NCBI RefSeq assembly: GCF_009914755.1
Contig: NC_060947.1
DNA: 64,000 bases
Direction: 5' to 3' (one strand)
Source: the human T2T-CHM13v2.0 reference genome, Homo sapiens
In this document: piece by piece, positions 29,336 through 41,199 of the stretch
How the letters are laid out: each line of letters opens with the position of its first letter
How positions within the stretch are numbered: the first letter of the stretch is position 1
Notes under the pieces: generated by a model
What the model saw: only the letters and a program-made list of their open reading frames with translations
What the model was told of the DNA's origin: nothing
Database searches by the model: none
Program-made: the position numbers and the translations under genes

Positions 29336-29495
29336 TAAGACAATTCTGCTATAAGTCCCCCAAATTTCAGTGGCTTAACAGAATAGTTATGTCTTGCACA
29401 CAAAATTTTACACAGTTTGTAAATGGCAAAGTACCTTGCTCGGTGTCCCTTGCTTTATAATTAAAATTGAATTAATTTTCCAAGTCACCACTATT

Positions 29496-31597
29496 TATTT
29501 TTTACACAATGAATTACTTTTATTTCTGTACTCGTCCATATTTCAGCATTTAGTAGTCCTAAACAGAAAGTGGAGAAATACAACAATTTGCCGGGAAGTC
29601 AAGCCCACCAACAATGATCTGCTGGGCACACCAAGTTATTTGTTAAACCCCTGCTGAGGAGCTCGTGAAGCAGCAGCACCAAAACCAAAGTATGCGCCAA
29701 ATTTAAAGTTCTTTTTGTTCCAGTTGTCAGATTCCAGACTAGGCCACAATGGACTGCAAGGATGACCAAAAGAAAGTCCTGTTTAATACTTATCCAATTT
29801 TTAGAAGCAAAAGCAATTACAGAAAAAGAAAATACTTCAGAGGGATCATGTGTGCTTACACATATCTTCATGTGGCCTTTTTCCAAGTTTAACCACCAAG
29901 GACTCTGACAGCTGAGAGTTCTGAATAAACTTGGTGACTGTAATTTTCACCTTATCAAAACCTGAGCTAAAAAAACCCATCAGCTGATGATGACAGCAGA
30001 GGGTGATTGAGCTGAGGACTCAATATGCATTTCTTAGGCTGATGGAGAGTGAATAAATGCAGTTCCAAAATGTAACCAGAGCAGTTAGAGAGTCTTTGCA
30101 ACCTTACCTGATGGCTTCTGGTCAAAGCAAGGAAGTGTCATGGAAAGCATTGTGTAGTGATGGTACAAAAAGGAACTTGAGGAAGAGGGAGAAAAAAGCA
30201 GCACCTCTCCATAAAGGTGGGGAAGAAAAGATATGGGGAAAGCACTAAATTACTCATTGATGGCCAATCTCAGAGGGGATCAGAGGGGTTACAATCTATG
30301 CTTTGGCCAAGAGTGGAAGTGAAGGAATGTAGGGACAGGACATATAGCTTGGAGGGGGCATCATTTAAGACTTAAAGGAAGATAGCAGGGATGCATCTGA
30401 AGCACCCCACACACCCACCATTAGTCCCACAGGCTGTGACCTGAAACCTTCACATCTAATCTAATCTAACAAAGCCCCAGGCTAGAGGGCTATTGCAGGG
30501 AAGGTGAGAAGCAGGGGTGAGGGCTAGCAAGAAAAGGCAGAGATCTCAGGCCATGTAATTAGCAACAACGTGATTGTGTAATATGTCTTTTCACAGTTGA
30601 GTTAGATGTGTCCCGCTAGTTATGATGGGAACAATTTAAATATATTGTATTCATTCCAGAAGTTCAACTACGTGGACAGTGGTTACACTTGACAAGATGA
30701 TTTGTTATAGAACAACTTATGTATTTGAAATGGACAAAAATTTAGTGTCACTTACAGTATCTTAAGGTAAATTTCCTTTGAATAGGAATTCCCTTTCCAG
30801 TACTTTGAGGTCTACAAGACATATCTAGAAAATTTACTACTGTGGAAAATGAAGACTCCTTAATTGAAAGGTGGGGGGAAGGAGGAAGCTCTGTGTTCTT
30901 TTATTTTTGATTAATTGCTGTAACACAGACCTTCAGTTGGCTGAGGGAGTTTCATATTTTCTTTAGACATCATTAGGTGCCACAGCTCTTGCAGGAAAAC
31001 TTTAATACAACATGAATTTTGCCATTTTGATAGCATTGATATGGCTCTTGGGTCCACTACTCCGTTAGAACTATTGATTGTGAGATATATATATATATGT
31101 ATTACTCAATCATGAAAAGAACAAAATAATAGCATCTGCAGTAACCTCGATGGAATTGGAGACCATTATTCTAAGTGAAGTGACTCAGGAATGGAAAATC
31201 AAACATTGTATGTTGTCACTCATAAGTGGGAGCTAAGCTATGAGGATCAAAGGCAAAAGAATAATATGATGGACTTTGGGGACTTCGAGGAAAGGGTGGG
31301 AGTGAGGTGAGGGATAAAAGATTACATACTGGGTACAGTGTACACTGCTCAGGTAATGGGTGCACCGAAATCTCAGGAATCACCACTAAAGAACTTATTC
31401 ACGTAACCAAACATCACCTGTTTTGCGAAAACCTATTGAAATTAAAAAAAAAGAACTATTGACTCCATTCATATTAAATTTTGTTACAAATTTTACAAAA
31501 GGGAATGATTTAGATCCATATTTTATTTTAACGCTGTATATTTGGTTTTCATAAACATTCTGAGCCCGTGGTGGCTGCCATCTTGCATTGCTGTCCT
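29496..31597 (-). pseudogene. UBE2V1: Processed pseudogene of UBE2V1 (ubiquitin-conjugating enzyme E2 variant 1), lacking exon 2, with long 3' UTR
   Basis: ATG at 31581 encodes MAATTGS. Downstream it reads [31 protein letters not shown]...[21 protein letters not shown] (stop 30911-30913), with no introns. ~1.4 kb 3' UTR, AATAAA at 29519-29524, A-tail remnant, degenerate 14-bp TSD (29482-29495, 31598-31611). The symbol is the parent gene. Confidence 0.95.
31078..31451 (+). mobile_element. L1PB1-like 3' fragment inserted in the UBE2V1 retrocopy CDS
   Basis: L1PB 3' UTR; perfect 11-bp TSD AGAACTATTGA (31067-31077, 31452-31462). Confidence 0.93.
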
Positions 31598-31921
31598 AAC
31601 TCACCATTATTATCGCAAAACAGATACAGACATGTGCTGCATAATGAGGCGTCAGTCAATGACAGACGGCATATATCACAGTGATCCCATAGGATTATGA
31701 TGGGGCTTAAAAATTCTTATTGCCTAGTGATGTCAGTCATAGTTGTCCTAAAGTTGTAGCACAACGCATTACTCACAAGTGGTGATGATGGTGTAAAAAA
31801 CCTACTCTGCTGCCAGTTGTATAAAAATAGAACACATATTATACAAGTATGTATAGTACATAATATTAATACTTGATAATGATGATAAATAATTATGTTA
31901 CTGGTTTATGTATTTACTATA

Positions 31922-32224
31922 TTTGGTTTTTTTTGAGACAATCTTGCTCTGTCGCCCAGGCTAGAGTGCAGTGGTTCAATCTCTGCTCACTGAAAAGTTT
32001 GAACCTGTTCACTTCCCAGGTTCAAATGATTCTTCTGTCTCAGCCTCCTGAGTAGCTGGGACTACAGGTATTAGCTACCATGCCCAGCTAATTTTTGCAC
32101 TTTTAGTAGAGATGGGGTTTTTCCATGTTGCCTAGGCTAGTCTCGAACTCCTGACCTCAAATGATCTGCCTGCCTTGGCCTCCTAAAGTGCTGGGATTAC
32201 AGGCGTAAGCCGCAGTGCCCAGCC
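31922..32224 (-). mobile_element. AluS (Sz/Sx-like)
   Basis: Full dimer; TSD TG(T/C)ATTTACTATA. Confidence 0.92.
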
Positions 32225-32634
32225 TGCATTTACTATAATTTTAAACATTATTTTAGAGTGTACTCCTTCTACTTATTTAAAAAAAAAAGTTAACTGTAAA
32301 ACAGCCTCAGGCAGGTTCTTCAGGAGTTATTCCAGAAGAAGACATTGCTGTCATAGGAGATGACAGCTCCATGTGTGTTATGGTCCTTGAAGACCTTCCA
32401 GTGGGACAAGATGAGGAGGTGGAAGGCAATAATACTTACGATCCTGACTCTGTGTAAGCCTTGGCTAATGTGTGTTTATGTCCTACTTTTTAACAAAACT
32501 TTTAGGAAGTTGAAAAAAAAACTAAAAATAGAAAAAGCTTATAAAATAAGATTAATGAAAGAATGTATTTTGTACAGGTGTATAATGTGTTTGTATTTCT
32601 TAATTGTTAATATAAAAGAGTTAAAAAGTTTATA

Positions 32635-32922
32635 GGCTGGGCACAGTGGCTCACACCTCTTATCCCAGCACTTTGGGAGGCTGAGGCAGGTGAATGGCTT
32701 GAGTTCGGGAGTTCGAGACCAGCCTGGGAAACATAGTGAAACCTTGTCTCTACGAAAAAATTAAAAATTAGCTGGTCATGGTGGTTTGGGACTGTAGTTC
32801 CAGCTACTCCTGTGGGTGAGGTGGGAGGATCACTTGACCTGGGAAGTAGAGGCTGCTGTAAGCCACGATCACACTACTGCACTCCAGCCTGGATGACAGA
32901 GTAAAACCTTGTCTCAAAAAAA
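32635..32922 (+). mobile_element. AluJ
   Basis: Full dimer with J-type right arm; TSD core GTTTATA. Confidence 0.92.
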
Positions 32923-33407
32923 TGTTTATAAAGGAAAAAAGTTACAATTAACCTAAGATTGAAGGAAGAAAAACATTCTTTTATAGATTTAGTGTAGCCT
33001 AAGTGTACAGTGCAGGCCTTCACAAAGTCACTAATCACTCAACAACTTACCTACAGCAGCTACCAATCTTGCAAGCCCTATTATACAGTAAGTGCTCTAT
33101 ACAGGTGTACTTTTAAAAATCTTTTATTGCATATTTTTGCTGTACCTTTTCTATGTTTAGATGTTTTTAAATACACTAACACTTACTATTGCATTATAAT
33201 TGCCTACCATATTCAGAACAGTAACATGTTGCACTCTTTTTTAGCCTAGGAGCAATTGGCTATATTATATAGCCTAGGTGTAGAGTAGGCTATACCATCT
33301 AGGTTGTAAAATATACTCTATGATGTTTGCACAACAACCAAATTGCCTGAGGACAGATATCTCAGAACATATCCCCATCATTAAGTGGTATATGACTGTA
33401 CTTTAAA

Positions 33408-33485
33408 AGTACATATTTTGCCCATATTTGGGCAAAAGCTAGTCATGTCCCTAGCTTTTGCCCAAATATGTGCAAAATATGTACT
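33408..33485. repeat. Near-perfect inverted repeat, 35-bp arms, 8-nt loop
   Basis: 33408-33442 versus the reverse complement of 33451-33485: 34/35 identical. Confidence 0.95.
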
Positions 33486-33819
33486 GTTATTTTATATACA
33501 GTATATATACAGTATATACATTATGTATTTATATACAGTGTATATTTTATAGCTTAATATAAGGATGAATATATTACCTCTATGGTTGTGCTAATTATGA
33601 GGTAGCAAATGTGTTTAAATTGTTAATATAACTATATATAGACTTAACTATTAATTTTGGAATAATAAATAAGATGGGCCATAATAATAATAGAATTCTA
33701 AACATGTCAGTCATATCAAAGTGCTTTATATATACTCTTACTTAACTCTTACAACTTCCTCCCTTAAGGTAGTACCATTAATATTGCCACTTCAAAAATG
33801 TTGTGAATACATTTCTCTC

Positions 33820-36500
33820 TGTAAATAATTTATTTGTAATATGTTATTGCGAAATGAAATGAATTATGAAAATGCACTGAAGGTATATATAGTATGGTGA
33901 CTTATTATAAGTCAAACTCCTGTGTACCCAACCCAAGTTAGGAAACAGAATCATACCACCAACCCCATAAATCCTTCCAATTTTGCTGTCCCTTCAAAAA
34001 CTTCTCCCCTCTCCCTCTAAAATAACACCTATCTTACTTTTATAGTAGCAGCTTCCTTATATTTATTTAGAGTTATCAATTTTTATGAAACATTTTTATA
34101 AATTTTATTTAATCAATATGTTTTTCCTGTAAACCTTTGCTTTTATTAAAACTTATTTGGTGGAGGATCCGAAGAATATACTGTATACTCATGATGTAAT
34201 TAAGCACATTTTTCTGTCTTTAGTCTTTTCTGCAAATTGGAGGCTGGACCTGAAGTCTAGCTCAGGTTAGACTCAGTTTTGATCTTTTTAGTAAAACTGT
34301 AGGTGGTGTTGTGTTTTTTAATCATAAAGAACATGACATTTGGTTCTCTATTTGTGATGTTGCAGCTACTAATGCGAACTGTCTAGACTGAGTAATTCAT
34401 TACGATTGAAAATGGCAAAAGTTCTAATTCTACTATCACTTGTTTACTTATAAACAGATGCATCACTTCATCTCCTAATTCATTATGGAGGGGTAAAATT
34501 CATAAAGAAGTGGCAGGATAAATGCTTCATCTTTTCCTTTATTTACCTATTTCAACATAAAATAAGGGTGAAGCTCCAAAGTTGAACAAGTCACTTATCT
34601 TCGAATATAAATATGTACTCACGGATTTAACGTATTTAATCGTTCTAATTCATTGTAATGTTTGTTTTAAATTTTCAGTTGTGACATCTTAAGTTATGCA
34701 ATTTTAATCATTTTATGTGTACAATTCAATTCAGTGGTATTAATTATATTCACAATGTTGCATAACCGTCATCACTACCCACATCCTAGTTTATGTGTGC
34801 TTTTGTCTTGATAGTATATTGGATTGCGTCAAATGCCTTTTGTGCACCAAGGAGAAGATCATGTGTTTTTTTTTTTCTTTTGTTCTACTAATGTAGTATA
34901 TTACATTGATTGATTTACTTATGTTGAACTACCCTTGTATACCTGGGTTAAATCCCATTTGGTAATGGTGTATAATCCTTTAAATATGCTGTTGGAATCC
35001 ATTTGTTAGTATTTTCTTGAGAATTTTTGCATTTAACTTCATAAGAAATATTTGTCTGTAAATCTATTTTGTTCTGATATCTTTTTCTGGCTTTGGAATC
35101 AAGGCAAGGCTAACCTCATATAATGAGTTAGGAAGTGGTTTCTGCTCTATATTTTGCAAGAGTTTGAGAAGAATTTGTGTTATTTGTTTTTTAAATTTTT
35201 CATAGGTTTTTAATTACTGATTCAATATATATATTGTTAAAGACCTGTTGAGTTTTTCTGCTTTTTATTGAGTCAGTTTAGGTAAGTTCTTCATTTCTAA
35301 GTTTTCTATTTCATCTAGTCTACCTAATTTTTGGGGTACAATTGTTCATATTATTCTCTAATAATTATTTTATTTTGTATAGTTGGTAATATATCTAATT
35401 TTAGTTATATATGCTATTGCTGATATATTAAAAATGATTCTAAAGACCCAATAAATGAGGAGATATACTTTATTCATTAACTCAAAGACTAATTGTGATG
35501 AAGATGGAAACTCTCCTCCAAATAAACCTATAGAGTCAAATTAATGTCAATCAAAATCCCTACAGGATCTCTGTTCAAAAATTTAAAAAATACTAACCCT
35601 ACAATTCATATGAAAAGGCAAATGTACTAGAAATGTTCAAACATTTTGAACAATACATAATTTCAAAACTTTCTCTAAAGCTGAAGTAATCAAAACAGTG
35701 TGGCATTGATTAAAAAAAAAAAAGATCAAGGGAACAGAACAGAGAGATCAGAATTAGACCCACAGAGATATGACCATTTGATTTCTGACAAAGGTGCAAA
35801 GGCAATTAAATGGAGAAATAATAATATTTTAAAGAAAATATGCTGAAACAATTAGACATTACCATTCAAAAAAAGAAAAAAGGAACCTTAACATAAATCT
35901 CATGCCTTATGCAAAATTAAAATTGGACTATAGCCCTAATAGTAAAATAGAAAACGATAAATCTTATGGAAGAAAACACAGGAACAAATGTATTTGAAGT
36001 TTGGGTTTGGCCGCATATTTTTTTTAATAGGGCACCAAAATGATAAGTACGGAAAGGCTGCTGAATAAAATATAGAATACTCCGTTAAATTTGAATTTCA
36101 GATAAATTATTTAAAATAGTATAAGTATTCTCGAAAACGTGTATTTTTCTTTGTTAAATTTGGTAACCCTCAAGACAGAAAACAGACCAATGATTGCTAG
36201 GATCTGAGAGTGGGGGGATAGGGATAGAATACAAATGGGTATGGGGGAATTTAAAGGATAAAATAAAGTTCTATTTCTTGATTGTGGCGGGTATTATATA
36301 ACTGAAGGTGTTTGACAAAGCTGGCATAACTAAATGCCAAAAAGGATACATTTTACTATATTTAAAGTATACCTTAAGTTTGAAAATTAAAAAAATAATA
36401 GTAAAATGGTAATTATATAATTTAGGCAGATATACAGTTGTGCACTGCAAAATTCTTCAATTTTTTCTGAATACTGGAATTCTTTCATAATACAATAGTG
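33820..36500. mobile_element. Cluster of old L1M fragments (minus to ~35400, plus from ~35430)
   Basis: Recognisable diverged ORF2 and 3' UTR pieces in both orientations. Confidence 0.7.
36055..36171. mobile_element. MER53-like hAT MITE with central deletion
   Basis: GTTAAATTTGAATTTCAGATAAA core and AAATTTGGTAACCCT terminus. Confidence 0.7.
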
Positions 36501-36744
36501 AGGATAAAGTTAAAGAAGGTCATAAAGCAAACAAATAAAACAGAAAATAAAAACAGTTCTACAGGTTAGGGAAGTTATCTACTATTTCAAGAAACAGCTA
36601 TTCTAGGGAGATAGCAAATGATTTGTATTTGTTGTGGCCATATTTGTCCTTAAAGTTCTTGGTGTAGCTGTTTCTAATCAGGTTGTGTGAGGCTAAAAAG
36701 GTCCCAGCAACATGTTCTCCAACTTATAAAATACCAAAACTCAC

Positions 36745-36909
36745 ATCTTCTTATTATTGGAGTTATTAGTGGTTTTTCCGAGATCAGAATAATTCTTGTG
36801 ATCCCACACTGTTTTTTCAGGGCAAAGGTTTGAGTAGATGAAAGCTCAAATTTTTTGGTAAGGCCAACTTTACTTATTTCAAAGATAAATTTCTTGTTGT
36901 TTGTGCCAT
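36745..36909 (-). pseudogene. Candidate 165-nt exon (GTNNKKFIFEISKVGLTKKF...)
   Basis: TTTATAG| acceptor, GAT|GTGAGT donor, open reading frame starting in phase 1. Confidence 0.5.
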
Positions 36910-37589
36910 CTATAAAGCATATTTGCCCAATTTCCACAGCAGATTTGTGCGTACTTCAGTTAATGTGTTCTGTTTGGGGGCAACAACATAGAATGGTCAA
37001 GGGTAATGGTTTGAAAATACATTTTTTTGTTAAAATATGTATCTTCTTATGCCATTATTTTAAGAAAGGAGTAAAAATCAGGTTGGTATATCTGGAAGAG
37101 TAACCCAATTTTATTTGCTTGAATATATTAGGATGTTTTATGTATATTTAAATCCAAAATTTTACTAGTTTATGTCTACATACAGGCCTATTTTTCTATT
37201 AATTTATCCAGAACAAAAGTTGACATTTTTCTTCCTATTCTTAAGCATTGTTTCCTTAGATCCAGAGAATTTCATTTCTGATATTTAGTTATTCATTTCA
37301 AATAGTTTTGTTCCCTCTTTAGGACACCTAAACTTTATAGTTTCAATTTCCATTTTCCATGCTTATTTACTGATTTATACTTTGCTTTGTTTTATACTCA
37401 TTCTTAATTTTGAAGAATGCAGGGTAAAGACACAATAATAGATTTTCTTCATATCACACATTTATGTCAGTTTTTGTTTTTTTTGGATTTCTGTTCTTTT
37501 TAACCACTGGCACATTTGCATCTCCTTGTATTGTTTTTGTTACCTATATCTTTCTGTTTCTCTGTGTTTTTTTTAATTATACTTAAACA

Positions 37590-37757
37590 TTATTTTAAAG
37601 AGACAGGGTCTCAGTATGTCGTCCAGGTTGGAGTGCAGTGGCTATTCACAAGCACAATCATAGGACACTACCGCCTCAAACTCCTGGGCTCAGGTGATCC
37701 TTCTGCCTCAATTTCCTAAGTAGCCAGCACTACAGGTACATGCCACCATGCCTGGCT
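37590..37757 (-). mobile_element. FAM fossil Alu monomer
   Basis: Retains the 7SL-derived GGCTATTCACAAGCACAATCATAG segment typical of FAM. Confidence 0.85.
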
Positions 37758-37907
37758 CATTAAATATTTTCTCTGTGATGCCATAAGCTTGAGCCTAAAA
37801 GACTGTTTCTTTTTAAAATTGTATTGAAGAATCAAAGCATAGAGAATCTTTAGCACTTTTCCATGGGCTGCTTGTAAATGTTTTCTCTTTTCTCTCCTTG
37901 GACCTAC

Positions 37908-37955
37908 TTAGTGGCCACTGGGAGAAGACTGCCAGATAGTCTGAATCATAAATAC
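37908..37955 (-). pseudogene. Candidate decayed 48-nt exon (GIYDSDYLAVFSQWPL)
   Basis: Donor TAA|GTAGGT; acceptor reads TG instead of AG after a T tract; open frame, phase 1-1. Confidence 0.4.
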
Positions 37956-38473
37956 CAATAAATAAAACTGAAACTCTCTTCTAAAAGAGCAAATACCTGG
38001 CTCAGAAGCAGTTATTACAATTGAGAGATAGGTATACCACTTCATACAACCATTTCACAACATTTTCTCATTTTTAAAGTAGTTAAAATAAACAAGCTAA
38101 TGCACACGAAATAAAAAAAAACATGGCATCCCTATCCTTGGACTTTAAACTGGGAGAAAGATTTGTGTGGTTGTTTCCTAATTCAACTTCTGAAGTAACA
38201 GATACATTTACATTGTGCAGCTCTGCAATTTTCTACCACTTATTTTCTGACACTGGGATAGGAAAAACACAAACATAAAAATGAAAAATTGTATCTACAA
38301 GTCTTCACTACTACCTGTGCTCTTCACATTTCTTATTTGATGTACATCATTATAGTTGTGAAAACCATACTGCCAAGGAGAGGTACTAGGTGTGTGGCCT
38401 GTGCATCATATTTTGTCTTACTCAAGATTGGTACTTGAGTAGTAGAGGACTAGATATAAATATCCTAACTGAC

Positions 38474-38686
38474 CTTGGATATTTGTTTTGGTGCCTATTG
38501 CCTGACTGAAAGCACCTTATCAACTTTAAGCCCGAGTTTGCCGTTTCAAGTAGAAACTCATGTTTCAGCCGCTGGTTGTTAACCTTTGTTCAACTCCTTG
38601 GATCTTTTATTTAGTAGACCTTCCTTCCAAATTCTGATATTCATTTTCAGTGTTTTTTCATTATTATGAATTTTTTTTTACTTTTT
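38474..38686 (-). pseudogene. Candidate decayed exon, N-terminal part of a PARP-like/DUF3715-like domain
   Basis: Acceptor TATAG|, donor AAG|GTCAGT. Translates, with stops and frameshifts, to ENEYQNLEGRSTK*KIQGVE / KVNNQRLKHEFLLE / GLKVDKVLS / AIGTKTNIQ. Confidence 0.5.
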
Positions 38687-38863
38687 CTATATATTCATAG
38701 ATAATTTAATAAGAAAGTAGGAAAGAATAGGGTATAAACTTGGTTACATATACATCATTTTAAAGTGCTTTCCTGAATGTTCTCAAATGTGGGCTTGAAC
38801 TTTCTGACCCTTGGCTTACTTGTCATTTCTATCATACCCTCTTATTTATCTTTTGTTGTCTGT

Positions 38864-38870
<7 letters not shown>

Positions 38871-38917
<47 letters not shown>
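38871..38917. repeat. (TATC)11 tetranucleotide STR
   Basis: Counted directly. Confidence 0.95.
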
Positions 38918-38944
38918 GTGTCTATTATCTCTCTGTCTATGTAT

Positions 38945-39840
38945 CTATTTATCTTTAAATTTTTATTCTGGTAGAATACATATGACATAAAATCTACCAT
39001 TTTAACTGTTTTCACGTGTACAATTTGGTGATATTAAGAACATTCACATTGTTGTGCGACTGTCACCACTATCCATCTCCAGAACTGTCATTACCCCAAA
39101 CTAAAAATCTGTACCTATTAAATAATTCTCTATTCCCCACTACCAACAATTGCTGGTAACCACTATTCTCCTTTGTGTCTCTGTGAATTTAATATTCTAG
39201 GAAACTCGTATAAGTGGAATTATACAATATTTGTCTTTTTGTGCCTGCCTAATTTCATTTAACATAATGTGTTGAAGGTTTACCCATATTGTAGTGTATA
39301 TTATAATTTATTTTTTAGACAAAATAATATTATATTGTGTGTATATATCACATTTAAAAAATCTATTCATTCATCAATAGACATTCAGGCTGTTTCCAGA
39401 TTTTGGCTATTGTGAATAATGCTGCTATGAACATTGGTGTATAAATATTTGTTCAAGTTCCTTTTAAATCTTTTGTATATATACCTAAATGTAGAGTCAC
39501 TGGATCATAAGATAATTCTATGCTTAATTTTTTGAGGAACCACCATAATGTTTCCCACAGTAGCTGCACAATTGCACATCCCCACCAACAAGAGTTTCAG
39601 TTTTTCCACATCCTGTCAATATTTGTCATTTTCTCTTTTGTTTTGGGTAATAACCACTCTAATGGGTGTGAACTTGTATTATATTTTGGTTTTGATTTGC
39701 ATTTTATTAATAATTAGTGTTCTTGGGCATCTTTTCATGTCCTTATTGGCCAGTCAAATATCTTCTTTGGAGAAATGTCTATTCAAATAATTTGCCCATT
39801 TTTAAACAGAGAATTGTTGTTGTTGTTGTTGAGTTGTAGT
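38945..39840 (-). mobile_element. L1MB-type 3' end
   Basis: L1MB 3' UTR and ORF2 C-terminus. Confidence 0.8.
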
Positions 39841-39844
39841 GTAT

Positions 39845-41195
39845 TCTGCTGAAGGAATCCCTTTAGTATTTCTTTTAGAGTCTTTCTAGTGGTATGAAGT
39901 TACTTCAAGCTTTTAAAATCAGGGGAAGTCTTCATTTCTCTTTTGTTTTTGAAGGATAGTTTTGACAGTTATAGAATTCTTGGTTGACAGTTGTTTTTTG
40001 GGGCTTCCACAGTTTTACATGAGAAATATGGTGCTTATCATGTTGGTAATCCCTTGTATGTGATGTTTCACTTCTCTCCTGCTGTATTTACGATTCTCTG
40101 TTTGTCTTTCACCAGTTTGATTATAATATGGTAATGTGGGTCTCTTTGAGTTCATGCTACTTGAAGTTTATTTACCTTAGCTTTATAGATTCATATCTCA
40201 TGAAATATGGGAAGTTTTTAGCCGTTATTTATTCATAATATTATTTCTTCCTGTCTTTCTCTCTTCTCCTTCTGGAACTTCTAAACTGTATATGTTGCCC
40301 CACTTGATGGTGTTACACAAGACTCTTTAAGCTTGGTTCACATTACTTTGTTCTTTTATCTTTCTCCTTGGAGTCAATAATTTTAACTGTACTATCTTCA
40401 AATTCACTTATTCTTTCCTCTGTCTGCTCCGGTTTGCTGTTGAACCACTCTCATGAATTTTTGATTTTAGTTTTCATAATTTTCAGCTCCAGAATTTGTT
40501 TTTTTCATAATTTCTATCCCTTTATTATATTTTCACTTTGTTATATATTGTTTCCCCTATTTTCTTTAGTTCTTTGCCTATGTTTCCTTTAGCTCTTTGA
40601 ATATATTTAAGACAGTTGTTTTAAAGCAATTTTCTAGTAAGTTCAATGTCTAGACTTCCTCAGGTATAGTTTCTTTATTTTATTTCTTTAAATAGGCCAT
40701 ACTTCGCTGTCTGTTTGTATACCTTTGGTTTTTTTTGGGGGGCGGGGGTGGGGGTTAAATGCTGAACATTTGAATATTATAATGTGGTAACTCTGGAAAT
40801 CAGATTATCCCCCTTCCCCAGGGTTTACTGTTTTGTTTTGTTGTTGTTGTGGAAGGCTAGTAGTCCTTTTGTTTAGTGACTTTCCCAAACTATTTTGTAA
40901 ATTCTATATTCATTGCTATGTGTAAGTTACTTCCTTATGTATGTGTTTCCTTAACATTTGACAGATAGTTCCTTGAATGCCAAGAGCTAAAAAGATCCAA
41001 AGAACAAGAAACAGACTAAAAAGTCTCACTTCTATTAGTCTTTGTAGATTTGCTTTGTACAAAAGCACTTCTTCCATATTTAACCATTATTGAACTGACC
41101 TTAAGGATCAGTCTTAGTTGATAGCATAGCATCATCTCAGGTCTTTTCTCTGCATGCATGTGGCTTTCTAAATTTCCCTGTATATATGGGTCTTT
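39845..41195 (-). mobile_element. Old L1M ORF1/5' region, resuming near 42940-43480
   Basis: Antisense ORF1-like text (TTTTGAAGGATAGTTTTG, AGAATTCTTGGTTGACAG). Confidence 0.65.
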
Positions 41196-41199
41196 TATA

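Larger units (their letters stand above)
31627..33398. mobile_element. Tigger3b-type Tc1/mariner DNA transposon (non-autonomous), interrupted by two Alus
   Basis: Termini CAGACATG...TATGACTG with TA duplications at 31625-31626 and 33399-33400; body resembles Tigger3. Confidence 0.88.

Noticed and set aside
29496-31597. Assigning a numbered UBE2V1P symbol, chromosome or species
   Set aside because: L1 density hints at an X-like region, but the locus cannot be established from the sequence alone.
34810-36040. Back-to-back opposite L1M ORF2 pieces as a twin-priming inversion
   Set aside because: Too diverged, no TSD, and the minus piece may belong with the 3' end at ~34660-34790.
37997-38072. 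Possible exon NEKML*NGCMKW...ASEP with donor CAG|GTATTT
   Set aside because: It would leave an intron of only 41-56 nt to the next candidate and has no good acceptor.
40738-40754. G5-C-G5-T-G5 as a G-quadruplex
   Set aside because: Only three G runs; low-complexity tract inside an old L1.
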